Shown here one piece after another: positions 1 through 11,141 of a stretch of 64,000 bases of DNA. The translations under genes were made by a program, and so were the position numbers. The notes beneath the pieces are model-generated. The model was not told the DNA's origin, made no database searches, and saw only the letters and a list, made by a program, of their open reading frames with translations. The stretch lies in contig NC_042998.1 in the NCBI RefSeq assembly GCF_006345805.1, forward strand, positions 88,846,001 to 88,910,000, read 5' to 3'. The first letter of the stretch is position 1, and every line of letters begins with the position of its first letter. This DNA is from Octopus sinensis (taxonomy: Eukaryota).

Positions 1-19
1 TAATAATAATAATAATAAT

Positions 20-355
20 AAGCAAACTTTTCGACCGCGGATCAAAGGGACAATACTAATACTAATAATAGTAATAATAATAATAAATAATAAACAGCTC
101 AACCACAACATTAGATTAGAAAGACTCTTATCTTGGGAACATTTCGTTCTTCGGCCTGACACGGGAATATGCGAAGGTTGAACTGACGGGCTGGCTTAAA
201 AATGCTCTTAGCAATGGAAGGGGGGAAAGGAAGAGGGGGGATGGCAGACAACGTAAAAGAGGGAGAGAGAGAAGGAATAGTGGACCCCGCGAAAATGGGC
301 CGCCATTGAAAAAAAACCCCTGTATGGAGAAATAATTGGCATACGAGGCGAAGCT
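20..355. promoter_or_regulatory. CpG-retaining, GC-richer segment, possible promoter-proximal region with YY1-like motif
   Basis: About a dozen CpGs in ~340 bp of non-repeat-looking sequence versus strong CpG depletion elsewhere; GCCGCCATT at 299-307 resembles the YY1 core. Confidence 0.3.
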
Positions 356-399
356 GAAAATAGTAATAATACTAATAGATATATAATAATAATAATAAT

Positions 400-648
400 A
401 ATAAATGTATGTGTATTATATATATGTGTATATATGTATGTGTATTGTATATATGTATGTGTATTGTATATATGTATATATGTATGTGTATTATATATAT
501 GTATTTAGGTAAGTGTATGTATGTATGTATATATGTGTATGTGTGTGTATATATATGTGTACGTGAATGTAAATAAATATATATGTATGTGTATGTATAT
601 ATATGTGCATATGTGTATATATGTATGCATGTGTATGTATATATATAT
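400..648. repeat. Compound (TA)n/(TG)n microsatellite
   Basis: Directly visible; similar tracts at 921-1140, 26550-27115, 40180-40390, 43875-44195, 50068-50210. Confidence 0.95.
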
Positions 649-820
649 GAAATTTTTACCATTAAGACTATTCTGCAAAGACCTGGATAAGTTGAAATCT
701 GAAGGAGCAATATCTGGTGAATACGGAGGGTGGGGTAACACATCCCAGCCGAGCTGCAGATATTTTGTCTCGTTCCCAAAGCATCAAATGCCCAAATGAA
801 CTTTCTTATCTTCCTTTTCA
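649..820 (-). mobile_element. mariner transposase C-terminal fragment
   Basis: Translation LPHPPYSPDIAPSDFNLSRSLQNSLNGKNF contains the mariner YSPDLAPSD motif; cut by the assembly gap. Confidence 0.9.
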
Positions 821-920
821 NNNNNNNNNNNNNNNNNNNNNNNNNNNNNNNNNNNNNNNNNNNNNNNNNNNNNNNNNNNNNNNNNNNNNNNNNNNNNNNN
901 NNNNNNNNNNNNNNNNNNNN
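821..920. other. Assembly gap (100 N)
   Basis: Run of N. Confidence 1.
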
Positions 921-1445
921 TATGTATGTATGCATATATATATATATATGTATGTATGCATATATATATATATATGTATGTATGCATATATATATATATA
1001 TGTATGTATGCATATATATATATATGTATGTATGCTTATACAGATGTATGTATGCATATATATGTATGTATGCTTATACAGATGTATGTATGCATATATA
1101 TGTATAGATGCATATATATATATATATGAAAATATATATATTAGTATGCATAAAATCAAAATAAGCAACAAGGATATCCAGAGGTAATGCAGTATGATCG
1201 TTTCATGCAACTCCTTTTAATTGAACAATGCAACCATTACATCAATTCAAATGAAGAGTAATCCTCAGCTGCACAAAGACATAGAATTTGATTAAATTAA
1301 AACATTAGTATAATTTAGCTTAAAATCTCCAAGAATTTAAGGAGGTAGACAAAGAACATGCTGTGTTTCCTTCTACTTAGAAGCTACTAATGTATCAGGA
1401 AGAAAGACTTGTTACAGATGTTGCTTGTCACTGTTTTATGGGGTC

Positions 1446-1529
1446 AGTTTTAATTTATAGACTAGTTTTATGAAATCCTTGTATATCTAGTTTTAATTTA
1501 TAGACTAGTTTTATGAAATCCTTGTATAT
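1446..1529. repeat. Tandem duplication, period 43 bp
   Basis: AGTTTTAATTTATAGACTAGTTTTATGAAATCCTTGTATAT at 1446 and 1489. Confidence 0.95.
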
Positions 1530-3194
1530 ATACACATATCTACTTAACTTGCAGTTTGTTAAGTAAATTTACAACCTATGTCTTTCTTAATTTTTTATCA
1601 TTTCACTGTTAAAAGATTATACAATCCATTTTTTGAGTAATATTTATAAATTATCATCCCTGTTTAAGTCAGTTTAGTTGTGACACCTCAGTCATCACTT
1701 AGCTAGATCCTAGGCATAACAGTATTTTAAAAGGCACACTACAAAAGAATAAAAATGGTTAAGAACCACTGATTATTTTGTATGTGTGTGTTTCTGCGTC
1801 TCCACCCTGCCACTGCTTCATTACATGTAATATAGTGGTTTAGTAAAAGACACCCTTTGGAATAAGTATTGGTGGCGATTTGTTTGACTAAATGTCTAAT
1901 TCTCTCACAATTCTATCATTTCACCACCCTGGTCTGGTATCCTTCTCTTTATTGACCCTGTGTGAAGGCTGAAGATAGCCCCAGTGGAATTTGGACTTGA
2001 GATGCAGAAAGCCAGAGCAAATATCTGGAAGCGTTTTATCCAGTATTCTAACAGCTCTGTGAATTCGCTGCTGAGAGAAAGAAAGAGAGTGAGAGTGAGG
2101 TATTTGTGAATATTGAAGCTGGGTTCAGTTAGTTTCCATAGTTATGAAAAAAAAATTCCCCCAAACAACCCAATACCCACCAGAAGTATTATAATGCTTA
2201 TTCTAATTCAGTAATATTGTGAGCTAATATCAGGAAATAGAACATTATTTCAGAGGGTTTTTTTTGTATTTTCCTTCTTTAAAAGACTAAAAAATATGTT
2301 TTTTTTTAAAGAATTGAAATCACTTACAAAATCCTGTATATATTCATAAGCATTTGTACAGGTAAATACGTACACTTATATGTGTGTGTGTGTGTGTGTG
2401 TGTATATATACATGGATACTTGCATATATACACATACACATATATACATGTTTGTATGTGTGTGTGTATCCACACACACACATATATGTTTATGTATGTA
2501 TAAGATATGAATTAGAAGATATGAAAATATGACCACATCTGTGTAAATCTAATAGTATGATAGCAGTCATCATCAACTTTATTTTAATATATTATCAAGC
2601 TTATCTCAATTATCTTGAAATATTGACTACTTGTGTGTATGTATGTAATATCTAGCTATGTCTGTGTTTCATATATATATTGATTTTATGTTCATATCCA
2701 TGTACAGCATTGTTTCAATATTTTATGTTTTGTTCTTTTAATCCAAGCTGTTAATGCCATGGCATCTAAGAAATGTCAAGAGACATTTATCAACTTAGTG
2801 GACCCTACCCCTCTTCAGGGTGTTTTCCAACCTTAAATTATAGTATTTCTCCAGACTTCCAGTAAATTGTTATATTATCTACTTTTCAATGTGGTTGGGA
2901 AGCAAACATCTTAAGCATACAGACATACCCATGTCATATATGTATAAAAATAGAGTCGGTTTGGAAATCTTTTTACAATTCAAAAGAATGTATAAGTATC
3001 AAAGTAACAAGATATTGTGTTACCTTAAGGATAATTTAATAATTACTTTGTTTTGGGTAAAATACTCATCAACAGGCGAAAACAAAGAAATATTTCCATT
3101 GGCTTTGATGGAAGGGTTTATGTTCAGTCTCATCTCTACATTTGTTGTTACAGTAAAAATATCATCAGCTGCAGCAGGGTTGATTGTAGTAGGA

Positions 3195-3461
3195 GTACCA
3201 ATGATGTCTGTACAAACCTTTCTATGCAATGTATGCCAGGAGGTCTGCAAATCTAATGGAGGCCTCAAAAGACATTTTAAGATACACAAACATCCGAACT
3301 TAACTGCAGCTCTTGTTGGTCCAAATCAGATATGCAATGATATACAATGTGGGTGTCTTTTCAAAACCTTCTCTGGTTTAAAAAGTCACATTAGATGCCA
3401 TGCTGGTTCTAAGATGTAGGTACAGGAGGTGGTCAAACTCTGCATAAGGTGTAGACAGCCA

Positions 3462-3465
<4 letters not shown>
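3195..3465 (+). mobile_element. Probable LINE (RTE-like) 3' end encoding two C2H2 zinc fingers
   Basis: CNVCQEVCKSNGGLKRHFKIH and CNDIQCGCLFKTFSGLKSHIRCH, stop, short 3' segment, then (TA)n tail; no TGEKP linker; similar relic at 53220-53360 (-). Confidence 0.6.
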
Positions 3466-3527
<62 letters not shown>

Positions 3528-3534
<7 letters not shown>

Positions 3535-3765
3535 GGCGCAGGAAGGGCTGTGTGGTAAGTAACTTGCTTACCAACCTGGGTGGCAGTGGAGCCAGGCTCC
3601 TCAATGTGAAAATTCTTCCTGTGGCTGATTGGGTTGGGTCAAAAGCTGTTTTGACCCAACCCAATCAGCCACAGGAAGAATTTTCGCATTGAGGAGCCTG
3701 GCTCCACTGCCACCCAGGTTGGTAAGCAAGCTACTTACCACACAGCCCCTCCTGTGCCTATATAT
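3528..3765. repeat. Long palindrome, 117-bp arms, loop GCTG (3645-3648)
   Basis: Arms are reverse-complementary with 4 mismatches. Confidence 0.97.
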
Positions 3766-4238
3766 CAGCCATGAATCCGGTTATGCCAGATTTTTTGAAA
3801 ATGGCCAGGTGCAGGTTTCCAGTGATTCTTGAGGGTCGCCCCCACAGGTGTCATTGGTGCCTAGAGCCTGGCCATATAAAGAAGAACTGTCCTCTGGAGC
3901 AGTCAATTGAGACCTCTGTAAAAGAGGGAACGAAGGCGGCTGAGGAGACAGAGGACTCCTCAGGGAAGGGCCGCAAGAGGAAGACGGTGAGCAACAATGG
4001 GTGCTCACCGAAGATTCGTGGATATGTATGTATATGTTTGTGTGTCTGTGTTTGTCCCCCTCAACATCGCTTGGCAACAGATGCTGTGTGTTTACATCCC
4101 CATATCTTAGCAGTTTGGCAAGAGAGACCGATAGAATAAGCACTAGGCTTACAAAGAATAAGTCCTGAGGTCGATTTGCTCGATTAAAGGCATTGCTCCA
4201 GCATGGCCACAGTCAAATGACTGAAACAAATAAAAGAA
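3535..4238 (+). mobile_element. Chimeric unit copy 1: SINE head + LINE ORF1 fragment with foldback + SINE 3' half
   Basis: Head GGCGCAGGAAGGGCTGTGTGGTAAGTAACTTGCTTACCAACC and tail ...CCAGCATGGCCACAGTCAAATGACTGAAACAAATAAAAG match the intact SINE at 59454-59847. Confidence 0.85.
3762..4020 (+). mobile_element. L1/Tx1-like ORF1 (gag-like) fragment with CCHC zinc knuckle
   Basis: VILEGRPHRCHWCLEPGHIKKNCP = CX2CX4HX4C followed by a low-complexity charged tail. Confidence 0.7.
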
Positions 4239-4243
4239 TATAT

Positions 4244-4310
<67 letters not shown>

Positions 4311-5033
4311 GGCGCAGGAAGGGCTGTGTGGTAAGTAACTTGCTTACCAACCTGGGTGGCAGTGGAGCCAGGCTCCTCAATGTGAAAATTCTTCCTGTGG
4401 CTGATTGGGTTGGGTCAAAAGCTGTTTTGACCCACCCAATCAGCCACAGGAAGAATTTTCGCATTGAGGAGCCTGGCTCCACTGCCACCCAGGTTGGTAA
4501 GCAAGCTACTTACCACACAGCCCCTCCTGTGCCTATATATCAGCCATGAATCCGGTTATGCCAGATTTTTTGAAAATGGCCAGGTGCAGGTTTCCAGTGA
4601 TTCTTGAGGGTCGCCCCCACAGGTGTCATTGGTGCCTAGAGCCTGGCCATATAAAGAAGAACTGTCCTCTGGAGCAAGGTGGAGTCCTGGAGCAGTCAAT
4701 TGAGACCTCTGTAAAAGAGGGAACGAAGGCGGCTGAGGAGACAGAGGACTCCTCAGGGAAGGGCCGCAAGAGGAAGACGGTGAGCAACAATGGGTGCTCA
4801 CCGAAGATTCGTGGATATGTATGTATATGTTTGTGTGTCTGTGTTTGTCCCCCTCAACATCGCTTGGCAACAGATGCTGGTGTGTTTACATCCCCATATC
4901 TTAGCAGTTTGGCAAGAGAGACCGATAGAATAAGCACTAGGCTTACAAAGAATAAGTCCTGAGGTCGATTTGCTCGATTAAAGGCATTGCTCCAGCATGG
5001 CCACAGTCAAATGACTGAAACAAATAAAAGAAT
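4311..5033 (+). mobile_element. Chimeric unit copy 2 (tandem duplicate; palindrome at ~4304-4540, CCHC ORF from 4546)
   Basis: Near-identical to 3535-4238; differs by an 18-bp indel and two 1-bp indels. Confidence 0.9.
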
Positions 5034-5231
5034 ATATATATATATATATATATATAATAAATATTAGGGAATAAATCCAAATTTACAGGGAAAAAATCAG
5101 ATTTAGGATTAAATCCAATTTTATAGTAAAATATTATATAATATTAATTCGAGACAAAACCACTATTTTGCAAAACAAACAAGGAAAGACTTAATCATAC
5201 ATAAAAATTTTTAATATAAAGAAATAAACCG

Positions 5232-5274
5232 CCACTACAATCGTTTCATGTCTTCAATGACATTCGTCAGGTGG
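5232..5274 (-). ncRNA. Minimal type I hammerhead ribozyme motif
   Basis: Exact reverse complement of 5340-5382. Confidence 0.75.
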
Positions 5275-5339
5275 ATTTTCGATCTCCTAATCTGTTTTAA
5301 TTTATGAAGTCATAAATTAAAACAGATTAGATCGAAAAT

Positions 5340-5382
5340 CCACCTGACGAATGTCATTGAAGACATGAAACGATTGTAGTGG
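5340..5382 (+). ncRNA. Minimal type I hammerhead ribozyme motif
   Basis: CCAC-CTGACGA-ATGTC(ATTGAA)GACAT-GAAA-C(GATT)G-TA-GTGG: stem I CCAC/GTGG, intact core boxes, 5-bp stem II, minimal stem III, GUA cleavage triplet. Confidence 0.75.
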
Positions 5383-5917
5383 CAGTTTATTTCTTTATAT
5401 TAAAAATTTTTATGTATTGATTAAGTCTTTCCTTGTTTGTTTTGCAAAATAGTGGTTTTGTCTCGAATTAATATTATATATATATATATATATATAAGCT
5501 GTTCAATTTGCCCTTCAGTCACCATACCTTAATGAATAGAAACAATGTAGGGTAGTAAGGACTCTTTGGTCTTGTGGCATTCAAAGCTACTTCACTGGTT
5601 CTGGTACAGTGATAAAATTTCTCCAGTACATTCTGTCAATTGAGCAGTCTTAATAAGGGAATCTAAAAAGCATGTCAAAGTAGAACATGAATGAGATGTG
5701 GACCTGCATCTCATCTAGGAAGGCCATAACACCAAATAAAGATATTAGACTGTGATGACTCATCCAACTCATTCCAGTATGGAAAGTGGGCATAAAAGGA
5801 AGATTGTGTGTGTGTGTTTAATTACATATGCAGTTTTATATGTAGGAACCTATATTTGATCTTTGCTGCTCAATTACACTTGATTCTGTTTCAAATATAG
5901 TTTAAACATACATACAA

Positions 5918-6249
5918 CATGGCTGTGTTGTTAAGAAGCTTGCATTATAACATGGTTTTGCATTCGGCCCCACTGTGTGGAACCTTGGGCAAGTGTCTTC
6001 TACTGTTACCCTGAGCTGATCAATGCCTTGTGGGTGAATTTGGTAGGCAGAAACTGTGTCGAAGCCCATGTGTATGTGTGTATTTTTGTGATTTCTTCAT
6101 CATTTGACAAGTGATGTTGGTTTGTTTATGTCTCCATGAATCTAGTGGTTTGACACAAGACTTATAGAATAAATACTAAACTTAAAATTAAATACTAGGT
6201 TAAATTTTTTCAGCTCCAGTCTAATGATTGAAACAACTAAAACATAAAG
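5918..6249 (+). mobile_element. tRNA-derived SINE, family A (diverged)
   Basis: Similar to 59454-59847; other family A pieces at ~24905-25075(-), 26204-26330(-), 28777-28930(+), 32575-32960(-), 38885-39045(+), 58428-58582(-), 62604-62720(+). Confidence 0.8.
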
Positions 6250-6774
6250 ACTAATGTGCTTGTAATTTATCTTCAATTATTTGCAATACTGGAATGTATA
6301 CCATTTATTTTCAAAGCTAGAAACAAAACTCATTGGGTAACAGTAAAGAGTAAAGTATTGTTTAGGAGCCATTTATTCAAGCTGAATATTACCCAGAAAT
6401 AATAAACAAAATGGTACTACATGAATTGTGTCTTGTATTGGGATTTATAATTGTAGCATAATGTTAGAGTACATAAGGACTACCAACTTCTGCTGCAAAG
6501 ATCCTGCAAGATTTCTAAATACACTCCAGTTTACATAGACTGTTACTAAAATGTAGCAGCCATCTGGCAGCCTCTTTCAATGAACAATGACTAATCTAAT
6601 GTCACTTGTACATTTTCTTTCTTGAAAGCCTCACTGTAGGTGCTACATTTATAAATTTTTAAGTTTTATTTTTGCCCTAAAAATATTTATTATTGTTATG
6701 GAGCCTGGGCAGCCCTCCAGTTGAAGGTCCCTATCAAACCAGCATGGAAAATGGACATTAAATGATGATGATTA

Positions 6775-6930
6775 TGGTGGCAAGCTGGCAGAATCGTTTG
6801 CATGTAGGTCAAAATACTTGGCAGCATTTCTTGTGGTTCTTTACATTCTGAGTACAAATGTTGCTGCAGTCAGCTTTGTCGTTCATTCCCTCAGGGTTGA
6901 TGGAATAAAATGCCACTTGAGAATTAGGAT
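6775..6930 (+). mobile_element. tRNA-derived SINE, family B
   Basis: GGTGGCAAGCTGGCAGAATCGTT...TTCTGAGT(T)CAAAT head; further copies at ~20235-20445(-), 22960-23095(+), 23365-23585(+), 42160-42365(+), 55115-55310(-), 56470-56670(-), 57200-57400(-). Confidence 0.8.
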
Positions 6931-9900
6931 AAATGTTATGAACTATCTGCTTCCTTCAGAATTTCAGGCCATGTGGCTATATAGCAGTAAGGATTATTAT
7001 TCATAGTAATTTTCCATTTAACTTTGAGCTGGTAACTGAATTCAGATAGTTTTTTTTTTCTTTCTTCTATAGATAACATATTGTTCTGATTAATTGAAGA
7101 TTGAAGGTAATCATTAAGGTAATCATGAAGAACAGTGGGCAAAATTGCCAATTTCCTAATGATCTGTGCTATTAATTTATTCACCATTAATTATCAATTA
7201 TATTAGGTATAAATTAAAAAAAATTTTCACAGTTGCTGATTGATTGATTATTAGCTTTGTTTTATGTATAACTGGTGTTATTAAGTAGAATATCTTGCTA
7301 TTCTACTCGCTTTTTTTTTTATTTTTAAAGTGAACTTGTCTTAACTATGCAAAAACAGAAAAAAAGGTGGTGATATTTTGACATCTAACTATTTCAGTAT
7401 TGACAGCTAAATGTCAAAACAAAATTTACATCTGTCAGTTTTGAACTTTTAGCTTTTGATCTTAAAATAATGGAATGTACATTTTCTCTCTTAGACCTCA
7501 TATATCTGATTTCCCTTACTGTCTATCATTATTGACAATAATAGTTTAACAAAGCTCGTTATAAACAACACTTTAATTAGTTCTGGTTTTCATGACTCAA
7601 TTAGAAACAGGCATCTCTTATTAATAACCTGAAAATCTAACTTGGCAGTTAATGCTTTATAATTAAATATTTGATCATTTTATTTTCTTAAACTGATTCA
7701 AATACAGTTTTCTTTATAATTTTTACCATCTTGCTTGTTTTTATAACATTTTGTTTTTCTCATCTTTGATAAAGATAAGTGATTTTTCTATTTAACTCAT
7801 GTATTCAGATTAAAAGAAAAGAAAAAAAGAAAACTTGAGAAACTGATATTTTAAATTTTGAAAGATTAAAAAAAAAGCAAACAAAAATTATTATCTTTTA
7901 AGAAAAGATTTTCATGGGTGGGTTTGTCTGTGATACTTCTATAGAGAAATAGTCAGAGAAATAAAATAGAAAAAAAATCTAAAACCCACTCCATTAGGGA
8001 TTTAAAACAGTTGTTGTTGATATTTGCCAGGAAGTCTCAAATGGGATAATAGCTTGGTTTTTCTTTTGACAAATGGAAATTCCTAGAATTTTTATTTAAA
8101 AAAGAAGAAGAATTTCTTGAAAGATTCTTGTCATTTTGATACTAAGATAGACCTACATAATGGTAACTTAGTATACATTTCTGATGAACTATCAGCAGTA
8201 TGCTAATTGGTTATAGATCATTTTTGTTTTCTTTTAAAGTTCGTTCACTATTTCCTATGTTTTATTAAAATATGAATAGATTGAAAATTTCGATTGACTA
8301 GATGTCCGACTGACAGTAATGTTTTCAAGCCAAATGGTGTATTGTATAGATGATGTTTTAGTGGTTGCTAATATCTAATTGAACTGAAATGATCAACAAA
8401 TGAGTAAATGTTATTATTGAAATCACTTGGTTCATTTGATTAACCATTGTTGTGGAGGAACTAATTTGTAAAATTGATATATTTGATTGGGAGAATCTGA
8501 ATCTTAGTACAATTTAAAGCTAATATCTGATTACCTTTTTCTCTATTTTCTGTTTTGCTTCTTCTTATATCGAGACAGTCAATAATCTTATGTTCTGGGC
8601 TTACCTTTCTTATCAAGATAGCCATACAGAAATAGACTATAATTCTAGACTATTAGAGATGAGTAAACTAGCTTGCCAAAGCACAAGCACTATTGGTGTC
8701 TAGTAGCAACCACTGCCAATGGTGGCTTAGGATGTTCCTAGGATATAAAACAAGAACTTACCATGGTAGTCAATCAGAAATCATGTGATAGACTGCTTGG
8801 CAACTGCAAGTATCTGAGATTGGATGTAATGAAGCAGGGACCATGAGAAAACCATTTTTTTTTTTCTTCTTCTCAACTTCAACTCTGCAAACCATTGCCA
8901 AATGTAAACTTTGTTCATTACTAATGAAACTAATCAATATATTACTATATCTTTTTAGATTTTTGGCAGATTATTGGCATATAGTTCTAAAATGAATGTT
9001 GTATAATATATATATATTGTATACTTGATGAAGTTATGAAAATGGAGGTGTAAAAGAGAATTTTCATTGTAAATAAAAGTGCAGACTAAGATATAAAGAA
9101 TTTTGAGTTAAAAGATTATTATTGTAAAATCCCAGCATTTTCCTTTCTGTTTTTGTAGAACTAACAATCTATAGTTTATTAGAAATTGATTATAGTCCAA
9201 TATCAGTACAGAAAAACTTGTAGGGGTATTGCCTTTGATGAGGATAACATTCTTTGCATAAATCTCCATATGATATCTCCAATATAATGTGTATTTAAAG
9301 CTAAATATAACAGATATGCATTTCCAAGCAGTCAAACCTTCATTTATTGTACACACACACACGCTGTCTGTCTTCCCCCCCTCTCTCTCTCTCTCTCTCT
9401 CTCATACACACATACTCATTTCTATTACAAATGGAAGTTCTCTTTAGTTGTATTAACTGATTTTGAAGTTAAGTTTTCATGTTAAAAGTAATGGCTACAT
9501 TGATAAATACACATACTTACTTTAGATTTTGGATGCTAATGATAAAGCCTTACTGGCTTGCTAAAAAATATATTTTGGATAGAAGTTAATATTGTTAAAA
9601 AACATTTGTGTGGTGTTAATTGTGAAGCATTTACCTAACTTCCTCTGGGCACCTTGGCCTTCATTGTCTCCTTCATTCTTCCATTTGATACATTCCATTC
9701 TTCAAATGCAATTTACTTGTACACTCATAGATAGTGACCTTTTGCTTTCTACGGTTTGAAGTTATCTTCATCTTTTTACATCGATCACTTGACCTATCGC
9801 AGGTTATGTTTGGTTCTTGCTTCCTTGGAAACCATATAACATATATCTGTTTGTTCAAATAGAAAACTACATTGTGTTCTATTGTCACTAGTTTTAATTA

Positions 9901-11141
9901 TTTTTGCTTCAGCTGACTGCATTTACACTAGATCAATTAATATTCAAGCCATCAGTGAACTTCTATGGCATTTGGATTTCACATTGTTGATCAGTTTATT
10001 TGCTAAGTGTATTTTTAATGTATTATTTATTTTCCATATCCATTTTTCTGTGACAGTATGATGGACAGGTTAACATTTGAAAAGTATAAATTTTCTAATG
10101 GTGAGGCAAATATCTTAAGAACTGGCTCTCCTTACTACTACTAACCATTTCTGGTATGAAATGTGAGTGATACCTATATTTTCAGCTAAGCAGGCTAAAG
10201 CAACTATAGTAACATACCTTATTTATGACTACCGTAGATCACTAATCCAAGTGTTTCACACATTTATCTATGTAGTACTTCATATTCTCTTTGATTTCTC
10301 CCAATTTCACTTGTCCTCCAGTTTCTCAGAAGTTAAAATATAAATTTCCTCACCAAAATTTTTCAGATTAATACATATCTATAAAGGAAATCTGGGCGTT
10401 AAAGCAATGATAAGGAGTTAATTTCATATCTTCTAGGTTTAATATATGCAGATTACTATCATAGTAGTAATAGGATTTGCTTTGAATGCATATAATTATT
10501 TACTGTATACTTCTGCACAAAAGCCCACATAATGAAGATGATATTCATTCATAGAAAGTTTAACTGATCTTTCTATCTTAGAAATAAAATAATCTGGTCA
10601 AAGACTACCTTCTTTTTACAGAGAATGAGATTTACAATTCATAACATACAGAAGGGACAAAGGAATACATAAAGTGAGTTGAATATATAATGGTAACAAG
10701 AAGAAAAATTTCAAATTGTTTCTTATGTACACTAGTATGATATTTATGTGATTATTTCAAGGTGTGTGTGTGTGTTTATAGGTCTAGATGTGGCTATGTG
10801 CTTAAGAAGTTTACTTTGTAACTATGCAGCAACCATAGTGACAATGCATAAGGATGTAACTGCAACAGTGATTTTCCTTGTTCTCTAACTTCAGCCAGCT
10901 GTTGGTTTATTAGGAAGGCTTTTCTTGTGACTACTGACACATCAAGAAAGAATATTTCACCTTATGTCTCTGTACACAGTCATCAGTTGTAACGAGGGAT
11001 CTTTTTTTATTGTGAAGTAGCTTAAATCTACTTTCAGCTATAAATTGATCCTGTAAATTAGCTTCATAACAGCTGATGATGAACTATGGTTGGTCATTAT
11101 TTTCCTTGAGGTTGTTTACTCTGAAGCTTTGTGATCATATA

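Larger units (their letters stand above)
5056..5480. mobile_element. Penelope-like pseudo-LTR relic with inverted duplication (palindrome 5135-5480)
   Basis: ~170-bp arms around the centre TTTATGA-AG-TCATAAA; each arm carries a minimal hammerhead motif of the kind known in Penelope-like elements; no RT/GIY-YIG ORF seen. Confidence 0.6.

Noticed and set aside
241-309. ATG-initiated MADNVKEGEREGIVDPAKMGRH as a first coding exon
   Set aside because: Stops after 22 codons, has no good donor and does not resemble the hyccin N-terminus
372-1210. Long ORFs rich in Y/I/H/T/C/V/M (also at 26464-27362, 40106-40545, 43855-44220, 62386-63307)
   Set aside because: They are translations of dinucleotide microsatellites and N runs
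9913-9990. LTAFTLDQLIFKPSV after an AG, resembling hyccin LSFTIPSLSKPSV
   Set aside because: No YHE or donor; the frame stops; likely chance
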